A DNA stretch of 64,000 nt. Origin: Spirochaetia bacterium. GTDB lineage: Bacteria; Spirochaetota; Spirochaetia; UBA9216. Position numbers and translations under genes: made by a program. The notes below the pieces were generated by a model. That model was not told where the DNA came from and made no database searches. It worked only from the letters and a program-made list of their open reading frames with translations. Position 1 is the stretch's first letter. Each line of letters begins with the position of its first letter. Positions 60,778 to 64,000 of this stretch are shown here, one piece after another. Where the stretch lies: positions 800,001-864,000 of the forward strand of contig OZ223264.1 in the NCBI GenBank assembly GCA_965140585.1, in the 5' to 3' direction.

Positions 60778-61269
60778 CTAACCCCATACTTCTTCGGCAA
60801 TTTCCTTCTTCGGTTGAGGCACATGTCGAATGATAATTTCCCCGTTAAACATGGGGTGATATTCTTAGATCAGACGGTAAATCACCGATTGCCTTATTAT
60901 TTAATTCAAGATATATATCCTGAAGCTTGTCCGGGTCAACCCCGTCTCCTGTCATCAATTTCCAGAAATCACGGTCGCAGAGCATTCTTCAGGTGCAGTC
61001 ATCAAGTTTTAAATCTCTGCATCCAAGCTTGTAAAAGGCCAGAATTGTTTTACGGTAAGCTTCGCTTATATCGTTGATTAAATCGTTGCAATCGGGATAG
61101 ATTTCATCCGTTTTTCCTCGTTTGCCTCCTTGAGTAGTTCGGCGTAGAGTTGCGCGGGTGATAGAATATTCGGACGGGCTACAGCCTTATCACCGGCAGC
61201 CTCCTTTAAAAATTTGTAATTAGCCAAAAAAGGATGAGTGTCCGAAAAATGGATTTTTCCGTTTACCCT
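60778..61269 (-). pseudogene. Cobalamin-independent methionine synthase-like (MetE C-domain/YxjH type) pseudogene
   Basis: Minus strand: GKIHFSDTHPFL..SPAQLYAEL, frameshift, IYPD..DISEAYRKTILAFYKLGCRDLKLDDCT*..H V*RGNYHST, then a jump to KEIAEEVWG*. Confidence 0.8.
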
Positions 61270-61934
61270 TGCCGAAGCAGTCCAGGCTCTTTATGTTACA
61301 CAGCCGGCCCTTACCCATGCTATACGGAAACTTGAAGACCAGCTTGAGACAAGGATATGGGCTAAAGACGGCAGGAAAATAAGGCTGACGCAAAGTGGAG
61401 TGTTGCTTGAGCTGGCCGGACGAGTTCTGCCGCAGATGAAATACACTGAATTTCTTATAAAACAGATATTAGCCGGTAAAAGGGGACTCCTGCGAATCGG
61501 GATGGAATGTCATCCCTATTATAAATGGCTTCAGTATGTGCTTACCCCGTTTTTAAAGAACTGGCCCTATGTTGAGGTGGAGCTAAAACAACAGTTCCAG
61601 TTTAGCGGAGTTAAGGCTTTGATGCGTTATGAAGTCGATATATTGATCACACCGGATCCGTATAAAAGCAGCTCCCTCGAGTATGTTCCGGTTTTTGATT
61701 ACAAACAGGTACTAGCGGTATCAAAAGAGCACAAGCTCGCCGGCCTGAGGGGGGCTGTCGGATTGGCTGATTAAAGAATACAGAAAGACTCTTCCGTTGA
61801 CGTCAATAAAACTGAACAAGACTGGTATCTGCAAAAGTATACATATCGGTGCAAGGTAATCGAGGTAGCACCCCGATTACCTGCAAAGTTTTATAAAAAC
61901 TACCGGTGAAAGCAGCCTGTCTCTTTTGCGATAG
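61270..61934 (+). pseudogene. MetR-like LysR regulator pseudogene
   Basis: Partial HTH ALYVTQPALTHAIRKLE, LRIGMECHPYYKWL, ILITPDP, VFDY. After a deletion LSDWLIKEY..GICKSIHIGAR*..DYLQSF follows in another frame. No real start. Confidence 0.8.
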
Positions 61935-61943
61935 AATGTAAAT

Positions 61944-62492
61944 TCAGCCTGCGGCAGTATCTACCGCCTGATTGAGTATTGTAGGTACAGCCTGAGCATT
62001 AAGCGCACGGGCAGCCATCTCTGAATCATATCTTAAGAGGCCGTTTGAGTCGTCTTTCAGTCTTTTTAGTTTTACCAGAATCTGATTCGCTGTGTCTTCT
62101 TCTTCCACTTGTTCGTTTACATACCACATCAGGAAATTCTCGGTTGCATAATCTTCTATCTTCCTGGAAAGTGTAACCAGTTTATTGATCCGATCGCTTA
62201 TGTATTCTTCATGTTTGACAACTGCATCGAATGCTTCTGCATATGAGTTCCATGTTGTATCCGGTGCTTCGATTGCCTTTATTTCACCTCGTCCGCCCCG
62301 TTCGTCAAGGAAATTGTAGAATTTCATTGCGTGCATTGTTTCTTCCAGGTACTGACATCTCATCCAGTTGGAAAAACCCGGAAGGTCTTCGCTGTCAAAC
62401 CATGTTGCCATGGAAAGGTAAAGGTTTGCTGAGAACATCTCCGCATTTATCTGATCATTGATAGCATCCTGCATTTCTTTTTTGATACTCAT
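61944..62492 (-). CDS. ftnA: Non-heme ferritin
   Basis: QINAEMFSANLYL, EETMHAMK, HE, FLMWYVNEQVEEE ferroxidase motifs. Confidence 0.93.
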   Translation of the reverse strand: MSIKKEMQDAINDQINAEMFSANLYLSMATWFDSEDLPGFSNWMRCQYLEETMHAMKFYNFLDERGGRGEIKAIEAPDTTWNSYAEAFDAVVKHEEYISDRINKLVTLSRKIEDYATENFLMWYVNEQVEEEDTANQILVKLKRLKDDSNGLLRYDSEMAARALNAQAVPTILNQAVDTAAG

Positions 62493-62588
62493 TGAATTCT
62501 CCTTGATTAATTAAAACTTATATTAATAGTAATAATAGAGGTGACATCTTGCAACTGAAAAAGTAAATGTATTAACTTTTTACGTTTG

Positions 62589-63200
62589 TTACTCTTTGCC
62601 CGCCTTTATTGCGGCTTCGGCATCCTCAAGGTTTTCATAACCATACATGTTAACGGTATTGAGAAGAAGCTTTGCGGCAAGGTTTTCATTTCTCTTTTCA
62701 TGATCACGGAGCCATTTAAGAATCAGATAAAGTGTTCTCTCAGAGTAGGTTGAAAGCTCACCTTTCAGATATGTCTGCTTTGATGTTACATATTCTGTGT
62801 CCTGGCTTCCTCTTCCCCTTGATGTTATGGCAGGATATTCAGCTTCAAGCTCAGTATCCCATTGCAGGTAAATTGCTGCAATTTCTTCAACTGCCTGTTT
62901 TGCCGGATCAGAAACTTCAGGAAGACTGCCCTTTATCTGTTCATATTCCGTCGGGAAGGTATATTCCATCATTCTGGCGTATTTCTCGGTCATCAGGTTT
63001 CTTTTGGCAGCCTCTGCTCTTCTGAGATCTTCAAGCCAGCTCTGCAGAATCTCATCATTATAGATCTCAAACTGGCTGATCCTCATTATTTCAAAGGTTT
63101 TTCTGTCGTCCTGGCAGGTTGCTTTTCCTCCCTGGTTATTCACAGCTGTAAACATCTCAAACTCAATATCGATTATTTTCTCTATTAATGCAGCATTCAT
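62589..63200 (-). CDS. DUF4125 family protein
   Basis: EFEMFTAVNNQGGKATCQDD..TFEIMR.SQ, RNLMTEKYARMM, TYLKGELSTYS. Confidence 0.8.
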   Translation of the reverse strand: MNAALIEKIIDIEFEMFTAVNNQGGKATCQDDRKTFEIMRISQFEIYNDEILQSWLEDLRRAEAAKRNLMTEKYARMMEYTFPTEYEQIKGSLPEVSDPAKQAVEEIAAIYLQWDTELEAEYPAITSRGRGSQDTEYVTSKQTYLKGELSTYSERTLYLILKWLRDHEKRNENLAAKLLLNTVNMYGYENLEDAEAAIKAGKE

Positions 63201-63210
63201 ATAAGTTCCT

Positions 63211-64000
63211 CTAAGGTTCGATTTTTAATATAGCAAGCTCTTTGCTGCTTATTCTATCATGGATATCTGCCAGATGATCAATCAGGAAGTCGCTACCGCC
63301 GTCTGAAAGACCCTGATTTTTAATCTCCTCAATAAGTCTGCTGCTTATTGTTTCGATGATGTCGATAACTTCTTTCTTTTCAAAAAGCTTTATGAACAGC
63401 GGTGAAAGCTGTTTTCCGGCTTCGCCGGTGTCAATGAGTCCCCGGTGGAGCCATTTATAGTACGGCGGATATCTGCGGCCAAGGTGGTAGAGCATTTTCA
63501 TGGCAGATTCGCCGAAGCGTGAGAGTGCAAGATTCTGCGCCGGTGTATCACCTCTCCTGAAGGCTCTCAGATAATTGTACTGGCCGGACTGTCCGGCTTT
63601 GAATGCATATTGGGCAATGTGCTTGACTCTCACATCCTCAGGCATGGCTGAAAGATATTCCCGGGCTGCAGAGAATACCCCGGGAGAATCAGAAAATACT
63701 TCACCGTTGGTGGACGCTGCAAGCATGAAATCGGGAATTCCCCACCAATCAAGCACCGTTTTAGGGAGTCTTTTCATGCCTGTGAACTGCTTAAAGAAAG
63801 TGCTGATTTCAAATACGCCGGTGCGGGCAGGTGCGCCTGAAAGGCGTGTTTTAAAGCCCTTCCATGTCTGCGGAAGATTTCCATATGCTTCTCTCAGTTC
63901 TGTATTTAGGTTATCATCCGCGGCAGACTCAATCCAGATACAGAAACCCGGCCCCCAGTCATGATCCCTTGATATCTCATCGTCATAACCGAAACAGTCC
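63211..64000 (-). CDS. DUF4037 domain protein (5' truncated by window edge)
   Basis: Frame is open to the window end: DCFGYDDEISRDHDWGPGFC, TNGEVFSD, QSGQYNY.R, YPPYYKW. Confidence 0.82.
   Translation of the reverse strand, partial: DCFGYDDEISRDHDWGPGFCIWIESAADDNLNTELREAYGNLPQTWKGFKTRLSGAPARTGVFEISTFFKQFTGMKRLPKTVLDWWGIPDFMLAASTNGEVFSDSPGVFSAAREYLSAMPEDVRVKHIAQYAFKAGQSGQYNYLRAFRRGDTPAQNLALSRFGESAMKMLYHLGRRYPPYYKWLHRGLIDTGEAGKQLSPLFIKLFEKKEVIDIIETISSRLIEEIKNQGLSDGGSDFLIDHLADIHDRISSKELAILKIEP

Noticed and set aside
60776-60782. ATCTAAC as the R'' box of a second attC
   Set aside because: It coincides with the metE-like stop codon and C-terminal coding sequence on the minus strand, and no palindromic attC body follows.
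60545-61000. In-frame TGA at expected Trp positions (GIV*VCD, DDCT*) suggesting TGA recoding
   Set aside because: The same fragments also have TAA stops, frameshifts and deletions. Intact genes use TGG for Trp and TGA as stop.
61238-61774. Intact 178-aa LysR regulator
   Set aside because: The N-terminus is antisense metE sequence, the HTH is incomplete and the C-terminus is in another frame, so it is a pseudogene.

Overview
A 64-kb chromosomal window, most likely from a free-living anaerobic spirochaete. This is inferred from the Borrelia-like stand-alone rpsD, the tig-clpP-clpX-lon operon, an MCP and spirochaete-type hypotheticals. Housekeeping content includes tig-clpP-clpX-lon, five tRNAs (His, Arg, Lys, Leu, Gly), rpsD, rarA, topB, trmH and ferritin. 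Regulatory loci include a STAS/PAS-kinase/receiver/RsbT-like kinase/sensory [FeFe]-hydrogenase string and a phoA-yibE/F unit preceded by an 11-bp-periodic Pho-box-like array. The most notable locus is an 11-kb operon (39122-50359). It joins ketose-phosphate redox enzymes (SorE-like reductase, SrlD-like SDR, rhamnulokinase-family kinase, PHP hydrolase, DeoR) with a complete E2-E3-fused E1 thiamine-diphosphate dehydrogenase complex and has no intact aldolase, which suggests an uncharacterised sugar-cleavage pathway. An AT-rich accessory segment (~54.7-61.9 kb) holds a TetR/fucose-isomerase pair, IS3 debris, an intact IS5, a GFA gene with integron-cassette signatures (attC, a candidate attI, no integrase in the window), an internally deleted IS481 and collapsed metE/metR pseudogenes. 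All calls come from reading the sequence by eye; no searches were run.
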